Of a DNA stretch of 64,000 nucleotides, positions 1 through 10,175 are shown in pieces; within the stretch, counting starts at the first letter, position 1, and every line of letters starts with the position of its first letter. A program made the translations under genes and the position numbers. The notes beneath the pieces are model-generated. The model saw only the letters and a list, made by a program, of their open reading frames with translations. It did not search any database and was not told the origin of the DNA. The DNA is from Deltaproteobacteria bacterium (GTDB lineage Bacteria > Desulfobacterota > Desulfobacteria > Desulfobacterales > QNYZ01): the NCBI GenBank assembly GCA_003973265.1, contig QNYZ01000037.1, forward strand, positions 2,220 to 66,219. Direction: 5' to 3'.

Positions 1-148
1 CTGAACCCGCGCAGGCGTATCCACCTCTCTTTACCGATGAAACCGGATGGTCGCTGTATTGATGAGATATTGCTAAGATTGCCAAGGGGATAATGGACAT
101 TCAAACGACTAAATTGTGAATAATTTGTAACCGACCTGCCTGAACCTG

Positions 149-178
149 GCTCCATATTAGGGATGGAGCTGTTTTTTT
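149..178 (+). terminator. Intrinsic terminator-like hairpin
   Basis: GCTCCAT-attaggg-ATGGAGC stem-loop followed by a T7 tract. Confidence 0.55.
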
Positions 179-295
179 GTATTCTGGTCCATATCTGTCG
201 GTAAAATTGGAATGAATTTCAGCAATCGGGAAATGCCATGAATCGAATGGGGTCTCTGTGGCGCGTTACGTTTGGCGGCCATCTTTTTATTCCAT

Positions 296-329
296 TTTTA
301 TGATGGCGCAGGTTTTATGATGGCGCAGG
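296..329. repeat. Perfect 17-bp tandem duplication
   Basis: TTTTATGATGGCGCAGG at 296-312 and 313-329. Confidence 0.9.
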
Positions 330-554
330 ACAAGGGATTTCAGGCGGCCGATTCAAACGATGTGGACAGGCCTGTTTCGCAAAAAATAACTGATATTCCC
401 GCATGGGAATCCAATCATAGCCGTGTAAATGGTATCATTGTAAAAGGGGGAAAATCTTGTTGAACCTGCACTTTACAAATTTCAATATGATCTTATTGTC
501 AGTTACGCGTCGTTTCTCTTGCGGCAGAAGTGCCGCTGTAACAAGGAGGGAATA

Positions 555-1733
555 ATGAGTGCTTTTAGATTTTTTGTGCTTCCTTTAGTTCTGGGCCTGG
601 TTGCCTGCTCATCCGGTTCCGATCAGAGTCCTGAGGAATCCTTTCAGCCTAAAACGGTAAAGGTGGTTACTCAGGTTGTCCAAAGTGCGAAGGTTCCTGT
701 CTCAAGAAGTTTTCCAGGAACGGTTGCCAGTGCGGATACGGCGGTACTGACGCCCAAAGTGGTCGGCTATATTGAATCCTTCCAGGTTCGGCCCGGAGAT
801 ACCTTTCATAAAGGTGATGTTCTGGTCAAGATCAAGAGCAAGGAGCTGATAGACAAAGAAAAATTTGCGCAGAGTGCGGTGAAGGAAGCTGAAAACGCAA
901 AAAAACAGGCCGCCCTGGGGCTCAACATGGCAAAGGCGGGGCTTAAACAGGCCGAGGCGCAGTTTTTACTCGCTCAGAATACGTATAGACGGTTTGAAAA
1001 CCTTCTGAAAACAGAGAGCGCCAGCAAACAGGAATTCGATGAAGTTGAGGCCAAATACAGGGCGGCGAGAGAAAGCAAAAGAATTGCTGAAGAAAACGTA
1101 AAGCTGGCTGTGGAAAAACATTCCCAGGTTAATATCAAGCGGCAGCAGGCGGATGCCATGCTGGATGAGGTGAAAACATATCTGAGTTACACCACCCTTA
1201 AGGCTCCCTTCAACGGAATTGTACTTCAGAAAATGGTGGATATGGGCAACCTGGCCGCACCGGGGCAACCCGTCCTCAAGATAGGCTCCCTGGGAAATGT
1301 GGTATATGCTCAGGTGAACAGCAGCGCCATCAAGCTGGTGCAGGTCGGAAGGGATGTGGAAGTGGAGGTGCCGGCGGCAAAGAAGCGTTTCACGGCGAAG
1401 GTACTGGAAATTGATCCCAACGTGGATCCGGCTACCAGGAACTTCAAGATCAAATTATCCGGCGACGAGGCGATCATTCCCGGCATGTATGCCAATGTCT
1501 TTTTAGGAGAGGATGTTGAAAAGGCCACCCTGGTGCCCGGAAGGGCGGTGCTTGAACGTGGGCAGCTCTCGGTTATTTTTGTTAAAAAGGACGGCAAGGC
1601 GGAAATGAGAATCGTCAAGACCGGGAGAACCATTGGAGACAAAGTTGAAATTGTCAGCGGCCTGCGTCCTGACGAGCGGATTGTAGTGGAAAACGGAGAA
1701 TCACTGAGAACCGGCGACGTGCTCGAGGAGTAG
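555..1733 (+). CDS. RND efflux periplasmic adaptor (membrane fusion) lipoprotein
   Basis: AGGAGG SD before ATG 555; lipobox LVAC; lipoyl halves (VVGYIESFQVRPGD, LKAPFNGIV) flanking a long helical hairpin; adjacent to an RND permease. Confidence 0.92.
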   Translation: MSAFRFFVLPLVLGLVACSSGSDQSPEESFQPKTVKVVTQVVQSAKVPVSRSFPGTVASADTAVLTPKVVGYIESFQVRPGDTFHKGDVLVKIKSKELIDKEKFAQSAVKEAENAKKQAALGLNMAKAGLKQAEAQFLLAQNTYRRFENLLKTESASKQEFDEVEAKYRAARESKRIAEENVKLAVEKHSQVNIKRQQADAMLDEVKTYLSYTTLKAPFNGIVLQKMVDMGNLAAPGQPVLKIGSLGNVVYAQVNSSAIKLVQVGRDVEVEVPAAKKRFTAKVLEIDPNVDPATRNFKIKLSGDEAIIPGMYANVFLGEDVEKATLVPGRAVLERGQLSVIFVKKDGKAEMRIVKTGRTIGDKVEIVSGLRPDERIVVENGESLRTGDVLEE

Positions 1734-1736
1734 ACA

Positions 1737-4700
1737 ATGACGGAAGATAAAAATATATACAGTCATGAGGAAAAGGATTGCGAAGTTGATCCTGAAGAAG
1801 AGCTTGAAGCCATTGAATATGCTATTTCAGAAAAGCTGGCAAAGGCTTTTCTGCACTCCAAGATAACCCCGCTTCTGATCATCGCGGCATTATTTATCGG
1901 GATGGTGTCCGTCTGGTTTACGCCCAAGGAAGAAGAACCGCAGATAGTGGTGCCCATGGTTGATATTCTCGTTCCCTATCCGGGAGCAAATGCCCATGAT
2001 GTCGAAAAAGTCGTCACGTCTCCCCTGGAAAAACTGTTCTGGGAAATCCCCGGTGTCGATTACGTCTACAGTATGGCGATGAACGACGTGGGGGTGGTCA
2101 CGGTACGTTTCAAGGTCGGCGAGGATGAGGAAAAGAGTATTACCAAGCTGAAAACGAAACTCGACTACAACATGGACCGCATACCCCACGGGGTACTTCC
2201 GCCCATGATCAAGAACAAATCGATCAACAGCGTTCCCCAGGTGGCGATTACGCTCTGGTCTAAAAGTTATGACGGGTACAGCCTGCGAAGGATTGCCGCT
2301 GAAGTGGAAGATCGCCTGAAAAGCATCAAGGATGTTTCTGAAACCGAAATTATCGGCGGATATAAACGGGTAATCCGGATCGAACCTGATATTGAAAAGA
2401 TCAAGGGATACGGGCTTGATCTCATGCGGATCTTCGGTGCGCTCTCCATGTCGAACCAATCGCTCAATACGGGCGAGATTACCTCGGGCGGGCATGTATT
2501 CTACCTGACAGCCGGGGGTTTTTTTAACACGCCTGAAGATGTGAAAGGCCTGGTAGTGGGGGCGTTTAAAGGCAAGCCGATCTATTTGCGGGATGTGGCG
2601 CGTATTTATGATGGTGCGGGGGTTCCCCATCATTATCACATGATCGGTTTTAATCAGGCGCATACCCCGGAAAGCTTCCAGGCGGTTACCCTCTCAATCG
2701 CCAAGAGGAAGGGAAGTGATTCTGTCGTCGTGGCAGACAGTATCCTTAAAAAAGTCGACGCTCTCAAAGGGTATGTGATTCCATCCGATGTTCATGTGAC
2801 GATTACCAGGGATTACGGTGAAACCGCTTACGAAAAAGTAAAAACACTGATCGAACATCTACTCGGGGCTATCTTGGCGGTCATGGTTGTAATGACCGTT
2901 GCCATGGGCTGGCGGGCAGGGCTGGTGGTATTTGTGGCCTTGCCGGTCACATTTGCCCTTACTTTTTTTGTCTACTATATATTCGGCTATACCCTGAACC
3001 GGGTGACGCTTTTTGCCCTTATATTTGTAGTGGGGCTGGTGGTGGACGATGCCATTATTATTGTCGAGAACATGGAGCGTCACTTCAAGCTTGCCAAAGA
3101 AAACCTGTTTGCCCGTGCAATATACGCCGTGGGAGAAGTGGGTAATCCGACCATTTTGGCCACCATCACGGTCATCGTCGCTATCTATCCCATGGCATTT
3201 GTTGGGGGATTGATGGGGCCGTACATGAAACCGATGCCCATTGGCGCTTCCCTGTCCATGATCTTCTCTTTGTTCGTGGCGCTTACGATTACTCCCTGGC
3301 TGGCCTTTAAACTCCTTGCCGGTCATGCGGGCAAAGGGACAGGGGTGGTTGATGAAGAAGAATGGGTTAAGACAACCCGGCTGTATCGGATCTACAGAGC
3401 CGTTCTCTTACCCCTGATGGAAAAAAGACCGTTGCGGTTTCTTCTCATCGGGGGCATCTTTCTTCTCTTTATCGGGGCATTTCTTTTTGTCCCGACGAAG
3501 CTGGTGGTGATGAAGATGCTTCCCTTTGACAATAAAAATGAATTGCAGGTGATTATTGATATGCCCGAAGGAACCCCGCTGGAAAGGACAACGGCTTTGG
3601 CTGCGGATATCGGCCACTACCTGGCGACGGTCAAGGAAGTTGAAAATTACCAGGTATATGCCGGCATTGCGGCACCGATTAATTTTAATGGTCTCGTCCG
3701 GCACTATTTCTTTCGAAAGGGAGAAAATGTGGCGGATATTCAGGTTAATTTTGTGGATAAGTCCAGGCGTTCAAAACAGAGTCATGACCTTGCCAATAAA
3801 ATGCGGGCGCCGATCCAGGAGATCGGCCGGAAGTATAATGCCAATATCAAAATTGCCGAGGTACCGCCTGGCCCGCCGGTGCTTTCCACCCTGGTGGCGG
3901 AAGTGTACGGTCCCACCCGGGCGGCCCGCTTGAGGGTGGCTGCCAAAATAAAGAAAGTATTTGAGACGACAGACGGAGTGGTCGATGTAGACTGGTATGT
4001 GGAAGACGATATGCAGGAAATCGATTTCAGGGTGGATAAGGTTAAGGCTGCTTTAACCGGAATATCCACTGAAATGATCTCCAAAACGCTTTACATGGCG
4101 ACGAGCGGCATGAAAGTCGGCATCCTGCACACAGGCAAAGACCGGGAAGACGTGGATATTATTGTAAAGGTTCCCGAAAAGCAGCGGTCGACCCTTGATA
4201 CCCTGAAAAATATCAGCCTTATCTCCATGGCCGGGAAATCGGTTTCCTTAAGTGAACTGGTGAAAATAAAAAAGAGAGTGAAAGACAAAGCTGTTTATCA
4301 CAAAGATATCATGCCGGTGGTCTATGTGGTGGGAGACGTGGCGGGCTCCGAGGAAAGCCCGGTGTATGCCATCTTAAAGATGCGGAAAAAGATCGCATCA
4401 TTGACGGACGGATCGTCTAAAATTAAACAATACTGGACAGGTCAGCCGGAAAATACGCAAGAGGTGTCCATGAAATGGGACGGGGAGTGGCAGATCACCT
4501 ATGAAGTGTTCCGAGACCTGGGAATGGCCTTTTTCGGCGCCATGATTGTCATGTATTTTGTCCTTGTTGCATGGTTCGGATCGTTTGCCACGCCGATTAT
4601 CATGATGATTCCTATCCCCTTGAGCCTGCTGGGAATTATCCCGGGCCATTTTTTATTCGGTGAGTTTTTCACGGCTACCAGTATGATCGGATTCATCGCC

Positions 4701-4997
4701 CTGGCGGGGATCATGGTCCGGAACGCGGTTTTGCTGATTGATTTTATTGAAATTGGAATAGAGCGGGGAAAACAGATCAAAGACGCGGTCATTGAATCGG
4801 GGGCCATTCGAACCCGGCCCGTTGTTCTAACAACGGTAGCGGTAATTACCGGGGCGTTTTTCATGCTCCCCGATCCGATCTTCGCCGGTCTCGGTGTTTC
4901 TCTGATTGCCGGTGCCATCGTGTCCACGATCTTGACGCTGGTAATCATTCCGCTGGGGTACTACATGTATTACCAGATGCAACATAAATCAAAATAG
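1737..4997 (+). CDS. RND efflux permease (AcrB/CzcA superfamily)
   Basis: 1086 aa; two TM bundles; GLVVDDAIIIVEN and RTRPVVLT motifs; N-terminal PKEEEPQIVVP. Confidence 0.95.
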   Translation: MTEDKNIYSHEEKDCEVDPEEELEAIEYAISEKLAKAFLHSKITPLLIIAALFIGMVSVWFTPKEEEPQIVVPMVDILVPYPGANAHDVEKVVTSPLEKLFWEIPGVDYVYSMAMNDVGVVTVRFKVGEDEEKSITKLKTKLDYNMDRIPHGVLPPMIKNKSINSVPQVAITLWSKSYDGYSLRRIAAEVEDRLKSIKDVSETEIIGGYKRVIRIEPDIEKIKGYGLDLMRIFGALSMSNQSLNTGEITSGGHVFYLTAGGFFNTPEDVKGLVVGAFKGKPIYLRDVARIYDGAGVPHHYHMIGFNQAHTPESFQAVTLSIAKRKGSDSVVVADSILKKVDALKGYVIPSDVHVTITRDYGETAYEKVKTLIEHLLGAILAVMVVMTVAMGWRAGLVVFVALPVTFALTFFVYYIFGYTLNRVTLFALIFVVGLVVDDAIIIVENMERHFKLAKENLFARAIYAVGEVGNPTILATITVIVAIYPMAFVGGLMGPYMKPMPIGASLSMIFSLFVALTITPWLAFKLLAGHAGKGTGVVDEEEWVKTTRLYRIYRAVLLPLMEKRPLRFLLIGGIFLLFIGAFLFVPTKLVVMKMLPFDNKNELQVIIDMPEGTPLERTTALAADIGHYLATVKEVENYQVYAGIAAPINFNGLVRHYFFRKGENVADIQVNFVDKSRRSKQSHDLANKMRAPIQEIGRKYNANIKIAEVPPGPPVLSTLVAEVYGPTRAARLRVAAKIKKVFETTDGVVDVDWYVEDDMQEIDFRVDKVKAALTGISTEMISKTLYMATSGMKVGILHTGKDREDVDIIVKVPEKQRSTLDTLKNISLISMAGKSVSLSELVKIKKRVKDKAVYHKDIMPVVYVVGDVAGSEESPVYAILKMRKKIASLTDGSSKIKQYWTGQPENTQEVSMKWDGEWQITYEVFRDLGMAFFGAMIVMYFVLVAWFGSFATPIIMMIPIPLSLLGIIPGHFLFGEFFTATSMIGFIALAGIMVRNAVLLIDFIEIGIERGKQIKDAVIESGAIRTRPVVLTTVAVITGAFFMLPDPIFAGLGVSLIAGAIVSTILTLVIIPLGYYMYYQMQHKSK

Positions 4998-5111
4998 ATG
5001 CTGTTGGAATCGAAGATGGCTTCCTGTTTGTTCAAGCAGCGTTAATGGGGATGGGGCGCCGCGGCAATCGATTGGGATCTAAAATGAAATATCCGGGAGG
5101 GGAAATCCGCG

Positions 5112-6014
5112 TCACCGATGGTCGGTTGCGTTCCGCTTTAACACTTCGCCGATTTTAGCCGCATGCGCAGGGGTGGAGCCGCAGCAGCCACCAATAATTT
5201 TTGCACCGGCTGCTACCCAGTCAGCCGCATTTTCGGCGTATTGGCGAGGGGTTGTATGCCACTGCGTTTTATCACCGACGACTTCCGGTTTTCCGGCATT
5301 GGGTTTTGAGACCAGCGGCGTATCGACTACCTTTCCCATCTCTGCCAGAATCGGGGTGGCCTCTTCAGGCGTAACGCCGCCACAATTGAGGCCGACAATA
5401 TCCGCACCGGCCTCAACCAGTCGAGATGCCGCGACTCTGGGGGGTACGCCCATCATCGTCCGCGCACCCCGGGGCGTCATGTCAAAGGCCATTGAGGCAA
5501 TCACAGGCAGGGAGGGAGCGGCCTTTTTAGACGCATTGACCGCAATCACGGCTTCTTCGATGTCCATCATGGTCATGATCCAGATAGCGTCTGCACCACC
5601 CCGGGCATAACCGGTTACTTCTTCCTGATATGCGTGGTACAGTGCTTTCGGATCAAGATCACCCAGGGGCTTTAACAGTTTGCCCGTGGGCAAAATTGTT
5701 CCGGTGAGATAAGATCCCGCCGGCATCTCCGCCCGGATGATTTCGGTGACGCCCTGGTTGATCTCGACGATCTGATCTTGCAGCCCCCACTTTTCAAGCT
5801 TCCACGGGCCGCCCTGGCTGCCACCGGCACCGATCAGCTGACACCCGGCATCAATGTATTGACGGGTTAACCACCTCAGGTCATCGGGATGATCGAGAAA
5901 CCATTTTCCCAGGCATCCGGACAGATCAAACCCCCTCTCCTGCACCATGGTGGCCACAGCGCCAAAACAGACCAGGGGGTCTTCTTTTTCCACCGCTTCG
6001 AGAAATGGTATCAT
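5112..6014 (-). CDS. Stand-alone homocysteine S-methyltransferase family protein
   Basis: Zn-ligand motifs VGLNC and IIGGCCGSTPAH, plus KPNAG, as in the MetH Hcy-binding domain/BHMT/MmuM family. Confidence 0.88.
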   Translation of the reverse strand: MIPFLEAVEKEDPLVCFGAVATMVQERGFDLSGCLGKWFLDHPDDLRWLTRQYIDAGCQLIGAGGSQGGPWKLEKWGLQDQIVEINQGVTEIIRAEMPAGSYLTGTILPTGKLLKPLGDLDPKALYHAYQEEVTGYARGGADAIWIMTMMDIEEAVIAVNASKKAAPSLPVIASMAFDMTPRGARTMMGVPPRVAASRLVEAGADIVGLNCGGVTPEEATPILAEMGKVVDTPLVSKPNAGKPEVVGDKTQWHTTPRQYAENAADWVAAGAKIIGGCCGSTPAHAAKIGEVLKRNATDHR

Positions 6015-6047
6015 CCTGAATCTCCTGTTCTATGCTGTGTAAGTGAT

Positions 6048-7433
6048 TTATCCATAGGCAACGGCCGGCAGCCACAGGACCAGCTGGGGCCACATAAGAA
6101 CGAGCAGCAGTCCGATTAACTGGAGAATGACAAACGGAATCACGCCTTTATAAATATCGAGGAGTTTGACTTCCGGAGGTGCGACACCCTGGATAAAGAA
6201 TATGGCAAACCCGACCGGCGGGGTGAGAAATGAGGTTTGGAGGCTAACCGCAACCAGGACGGTAAACCAGACCAGTTCGGGTCTTTCGATCACGCCGTAG
6301 CCGTTGAGATCAAGGCCGAGGTTGCTGACGACCGGTGCGATCAGGGGCAGAATGATCAGGCTGATCTCGATCCAGTCCAGGAAAAACCCCATCAGAAAGA
6401 CGGCAATCAGGATAACGGCAATCACACCCTCCGGCCCAAAGGGCAGATTTGTCAGAATGCTTTCGACGAACTCATCTCCACCCAGCATTCTCAGGACCAG
6501 GGCAAATGCCTGCGCCCCGACGAAGATGCCGAAGATGTAGCCGCATGTCCTGAATGTGGCGATGGTGACCTCTTTGATCACCTGGTAAGAGATTCTTCGA
6601 TTATACAAGGCCAGCAGGCTGGCGCCAAGCGCCCCGACGCCGCTGGCTTCGGTCGGTGTGGCCATGCCGGCAAAGATTGAACCTAGGACCAGCACAATCA
6701 GCCCTGCCGGTGGTAAAATCGTCTTGAGGACATCGAGAAAGACCCGCCAGGTGAGATCCCGCCGCGTTTTGGAAAGCGGGGCAGCATGGGGTTTAACAAG
6801 GCCAACGATGAGAATGTAACCGATGTAGAGCAGGCCCAGAATAACACCGGGAAAGACGGCGCCCATGAACAGGTCGCCGACCGAAAGGTTCAATTGATCG
6901 GCCATAATGACGAGCATGACGCTTGGGGGAATGAGTATGCCCAAGGTTCCCGATGCGGCCACAGTGCCCAGGGCAAGGGATTTATCGTATCCCTGCTCCA
7001 GCATAACCGGCAGGGACAGAATTCCCAGCAGCACTACCGAAGCGCCGATGATGCCCGTAGAAGCGGCCAGAACAATTCCGATGACGGCCACTGTAATGGC
7101 CAGGCCGCCCCGGACCTTGCCGAAAAGATCCTGCATCGATTTCATCATATTCTCGGCAATGCCGGATTTATCCAGCATGAGGCCCATAAATACGAACATC
7201 GGTACAGCCACCAGGACCCAGTTGTTCATCAGCTTGTAGGCCCTGTTGACGATCATGCCCAGCATATTATAGTCGAGCCCTGTCATGGTGTCGAAATATG
7301 TGTCAGCCAGATTGCCCAGCAGGGTAAAAATAACGGCCACGCCGCCAAGTACAAAGGCGATGGGAAAACCGGTGAAAAGGAGACCGATAAAGGTCATGAA
7401 CATGAGGATGACAAGGAAGTCGGTAATCACCAT
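6048..7433 (-). CDS. TRAP transporter large permease (DctM)
   Basis: Highly hydrophobic; GTLGILIPPS, ATPTEA, SFLTPPVG motifs. Confidence 0.95.
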   Translation of the reverse strand: MVITDFLVILMFMTFIGLLFTGFPIAFVLGGVAVIFTLLGNLADTYFDTMTGLDYNMLGMIVNRAYKLMNNWVLVAVPMFVFMGLMLDKSGIAENMMKSMQDLFGKVRGGLAITVAVIGIVLAASTGIIGASVVLLGILSLPVMLEQGYDKSLALGTVAASGTLGILIPPSVMLVIMADQLNLSVGDLFMGAVFPGVILGLLYIGYILIVGLVKPHAAPLSKTRRDLTWRVFLDVLKTILPPAGLIVLVLGSIFAGMATPTEASGVGALGASLLALYNRRISYQVIKEVTIATFRTCGYIFGIFVGAQAFALVLRMLGGDEFVESILTNLPFGPEGVIAVILIAVFLMGFFLDWIEISLIILPLIAPVVSNLGLDLNGYGVIERPELVWFTVLVAVSLQTSFLTPPVGFAIFFIQGVAPPEVKLLDIYKGVIPFVILQLIGLLLVLMWPQLVLWLPAVAYG

Positions 7434-7443
7434 GGCGTTTACC

Positions 7444-7971
7444 TTATGCGCTTTTCTTGTGGAAGATGATTGTCACGGAGCGGACCATCCGGGAAACCGA
7501 GGCAAGAATAATGAGAAACATGCTGACGGGCAGCACCGACTTGATTAACCAGCGCGCAGGGAGGCCCAATGGAGACTCCGATCTTTCACTCACCCGCCAG
7601 GCGCTTTCCACGAAATCAAGGCCATGTACAAAGAGGATGATAGCCAAGGGTAAAAGTAAGAACAGTATGCCCAGAAATTCGATCAGCTCTTTTTTCCTGG
7701 GCGAAAATCGCTGGTGAAAAAGATCAAGGCGGATATGGGCATCCTCGGTGATGCCGTAAGAGATGCCAAACATGATGCAGGCACCATACAAATGCCATTG
7801 CAGTTCTTCCAGCCATACCATGCCCTTGCCAAAGGCGTAGCGCAGGATGACCTGGAGCAGAATATTAAAAATAAGAAGAAAATTGAGCCAAGCGATTGCC
7901 TGGCCGATACGGCGGATGAATCCGTCGATTGCCTGGCAAAAACGGGGTGAGTTCACTATTTTGTCATTCAT
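7444..7971 (-). CDS. TRAP transporter small permease (DctQ)
   Basis: 4 TM; LEELQWHL and HIRLDLF motifs; start moved to ATG 7971 (MNDKIV). Confidence 0.92.
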   Translation of the reverse strand: MNDKIVNSPRFCQAIDGFIRRIGQAIAWLNFLLIFNILLQVILRYAFGKGMVWLEELQWHLYGACIMFGISYGITEDAHIRLDLFHQRFSPRKKELIEFLGILFLLLPLAIILFVHGLDFVESAWRVSERSESPLGLPARWLIKSVLPVSMFLIILASVSRMVRSVTIIFHKKSA

Positions 7972-8027
7972 GGCCGTCCCAATAAAAGGCAGAGGCCTTC
8001 TATGCCTATGTATCAAATTCCAAAACT

Positions 8028-8084
8028 AAAAAAAATGCTGGAAGCAGAGAGTGGCGTTATGCCTGTTGTGCTCCGCTTCCGGCA
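8028..8084 (-). terminator. Hairpin plus U-tract between dctP and dctQ
   Basis: Minus-strand arms TGCCGGAAGCGGAG / CTCTGCTTCCAGCA followed by T8. Confidence 0.6.
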
Positions 8085-8114
8085 GCTTAAGATTCTATCT
8101 GGTGATCGGTGTGA

Positions 8115-9200
8115 CTATTTTGGTCCCACTGTCCGGGGCAAGAATCCAACCCGGCTCCAGTATGCATAGTCGGCACGGAAAGCAGCCAGATCATCCCACA
8201 CCTTCTTGAAGAACGGATCTTTTGCTGACTGCTCTTTTCGAACTTCTTCCCAACTCTTTTTAAAAGCGTCGAGCATTTCGTCAGACCAGTACATGTTTTT
8301 AACGCCGTGTACCTCGGCATTTTCCTTGATTACCGGGCCCTGGCTTCCTTCGGCAATCGCCAGGCTCTGCATCAAAGAGGCCCTGACACCCAACTCAACC
8401 AGGGCTTGCTGGGCAGGGGTCATTTTATCATTCCAGACATCTTTGTTGATCAATAACTCGACAAAGGTCGCCTGCTGGTGCCAGCCCGGATAGTAGTTAT
8501 ATTTGACAATTTTGTAGAATCCTAAATTTTTATCAATGCTGGGCATGGAAAACTCAGTGGCGTCAATGGCGCCCTTTTCAAGGGCAGGGAAAATCTCGGC
8601 CGGCGGAAGCACCGTCGCAGAGACACCTAATTTTTGGACGACCTGGCCTCCGAGTCCAAAGAAACGCATCTTGAGCCCTTTGAGATCGTCGATGGATTTG
8701 ATTTCCTTGGAAAACCAACCCGATGTTTCAGGTGCAAGCATTCCCACGGGGAAGGCTTTGACGTTGTAGCCGGCAGTGTCATACATTTCCTGATAGAGCT
8801 TCATGCCATTGCCTTGAAACATCCATGCCAGGTACTCAGTTGCCTCCGGGCCGAAGGGGACACTGCCGAAAAGAGGGCCTGCCGCCATTTTGCCGGACCA
8901 GAATCCTGCCGAGGCATAACCGGCCTGGATACGACCCTTGGCGACGGACTCAAGGATTTCCATCCCCGGAACAAGTTTGCCCGGATCGTAAACCTTGAAT
9001 ATGAGCTCTCCGCCGCTGGCTTTTTCTATCTGCTCTGCAAACCAGACCATTGTATCGCCGATTACAGGCAGGGCCAGGGGATAGATCGATTGGGTCTTTA
9101 ACATCAGTTTTTTAGCTTGAACCGGACCGGCAACCCCAAGTCCCAGCCCGAAAATGACAGCCAGCGCAACGACTAACACAGCGGTTTTTCTCAGTTTCAT
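8115..9200 (-). CDS. TRAP transporter substrate-binding protein (DctP, TakP-like)
   Basis: Signal peptide; DLKGLKMRFFG, ALEKGAIDATEF, YYPGWHQ motifs; AAGGAG SD before ATG 9200. Confidence 0.93.
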   Translation of the reverse strand: MKLRKTAVLVVALAVIFGLGLGVAGPVQAKKLMLKTQSIYPLALPVIGDTMVWFAEQIEKASGGELIFKVYDPGKLVPGMEILESVAKGRIQAGYASAGFWSGKMAAGPLFGSVPFGPEATEYLAWMFQGNGMKLYQEMYDTAGYNVKAFPVGMLAPETSGWFSKEIKSIDDLKGLKMRFFGLGGQVVQKLGVSATVLPPAEIFPALEKGAIDATEFSMPSIDKNLGFYKIVKYNYYPGWHQQATFVELLINKDVWNDKMTPAQQALVELGVRASLMQSLAIAEGSQGPVIKENAEVHGVKNMYWSDEMLDAFKKSWEEVRKEQSAKDPFFKKVWDDLAAFRADYAYWSRVGFLPRTVGPK

Positions 9201-9388
9201 AAACACGCTCCTTTCAAGTTTGGGTAAGTTGAACATTATGCATAGAGATATCTCAATGGCCAAAAGTATCGTATAGTTAAGGATAGGTGTCAATAGTCAA
9301 TTACCATATCCGCCATGGCATCGACGCGGAACAATCGATTAGGGATGCATCATAGATCGATTCGGTACACATATTAGACGGGTATCTT

Positions 9389-9952
9389 TTATCGGGACGA
9401 GCCGGTGACCTTTGTCATCTGTTGTTCGAGTTCTTCCGGCAAAAAAGAAAGGTACCGAAAGATCCGTTTTTCCATTTTTCGCGACACTTTCCAGAGTTGT
9501 TCGAGGCGAGCGCTGTATCCGGGCTTTTGACAATACCTTTCCAGGATATATTCCATCCGTTTGTCCATGGAGACGATGCGGTCATGGAGTACCCGTTTAT
9601 CGGCGTAATTGACGATTTCGGCTTCATCCGGGGTGTCCGCTAAAAAGTAGGTATCCAGGGTCACATGCTGGCCCACGATTTTACCCACTTCGCGGTAGCC
9701 AAGATCAATCATCAATTCTTCACCCGTCCGGGTATGGTCTTCCCTGGTATCAAAACTACGGGTTTTGGTGATGTCGTGTAATAAAGCCCCGGCAATGACC
9801 AGCTTGCGGTTTAAAATTATTTCTTTTCCCCGGAGCTGGTCTGCCAGGAAAGTGGCGACCCGGCAGACCTGCCGGGAATGATCGACGATATGATCAAACA
9901 TTCCGGTTTGGCGGAAAAGGAGATTGCATTCTTCAACGGAAGGTGTGTTCAC
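9389..9952 (-). CDS. HD-domain metal-dependent phosphohydrolase
   Basis: H...LLHDITK...H...H...YADK ligand pattern. Confidence 0.85.
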   Translation of the reverse strand: MNTPSVEECNLLFRQTGMFDHIVDHSRQVCRVATFLADQLRGKEIILNRKLVIAGALLHDITKTRSFDTREDHTRTGEELMIDLGYREVGKIVGQHVTLDTYFLADTPDEAEIVNYADKRVLHDRIVSMDKRMEYILERYCQKPGYSARLEQLWKVSRKMEKRIFRYLSFLPEELEQQMTKVTGSSR

Positions 9953-10030
9953 CGGCTGGAGACCTCTATCTGATCGGATAATTCCGATTGCGGGCTGAGG
10001 TTGCGCTGTTTTTAGTGGTACACAAATAAA

Positions 10031-10106
10031 TGGTACGCCCGGCTGGATTCGAACCAGCGATCTTCAGCTCCGGAGGCTGACGCCCTATCCCCTGGGCTAC
10101 GGGCGC
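10031..10106 (-). tRNA. tRNA-Arg (anticodon CCG), CCA encoded
   Basis: Reverse complement GCGCCCG...TCAGC-CT-CCG-GA-GCTGA...GGTTCGAATCC...CGGGCGT-A-CCA folds as a 76-nt cloverleaf. Confidence 0.97.
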
Positions 10107-10129
10107 AATTGATAAATCAGCTTGCGGTG

Positions 10130-10158
10130 AAAATAAACCGGGTAAGTTAAAAAGTCAA
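10130..10158 (-). promoter_or_regulatory. Sigma70-like promoter for tRNA-Arg
   Basis: TTGACT-N17-TATTTT just upstream of the tRNA. Confidence 0.55.
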
Positions 10159-10175
10159 GGCAGAAGGATGCCGGC

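Noticed and set aside
114-131. Rex-like operator TTGTGAA-N4
   Set aside because: The right half (TTGTAAC) does not match TTCACAA.
272-463. 63-aa ORF upstream of the RND adaptor
   Set aside because: TTG start without SD; overlaps the tandem repeat and likely promoter region; no recognisable motif.
1-10106. Possible genomic island anchored at the tRNA-Arg 3' end
   Set aside because: No integrase and no duplicate of the tRNA 3' end seen in the window.
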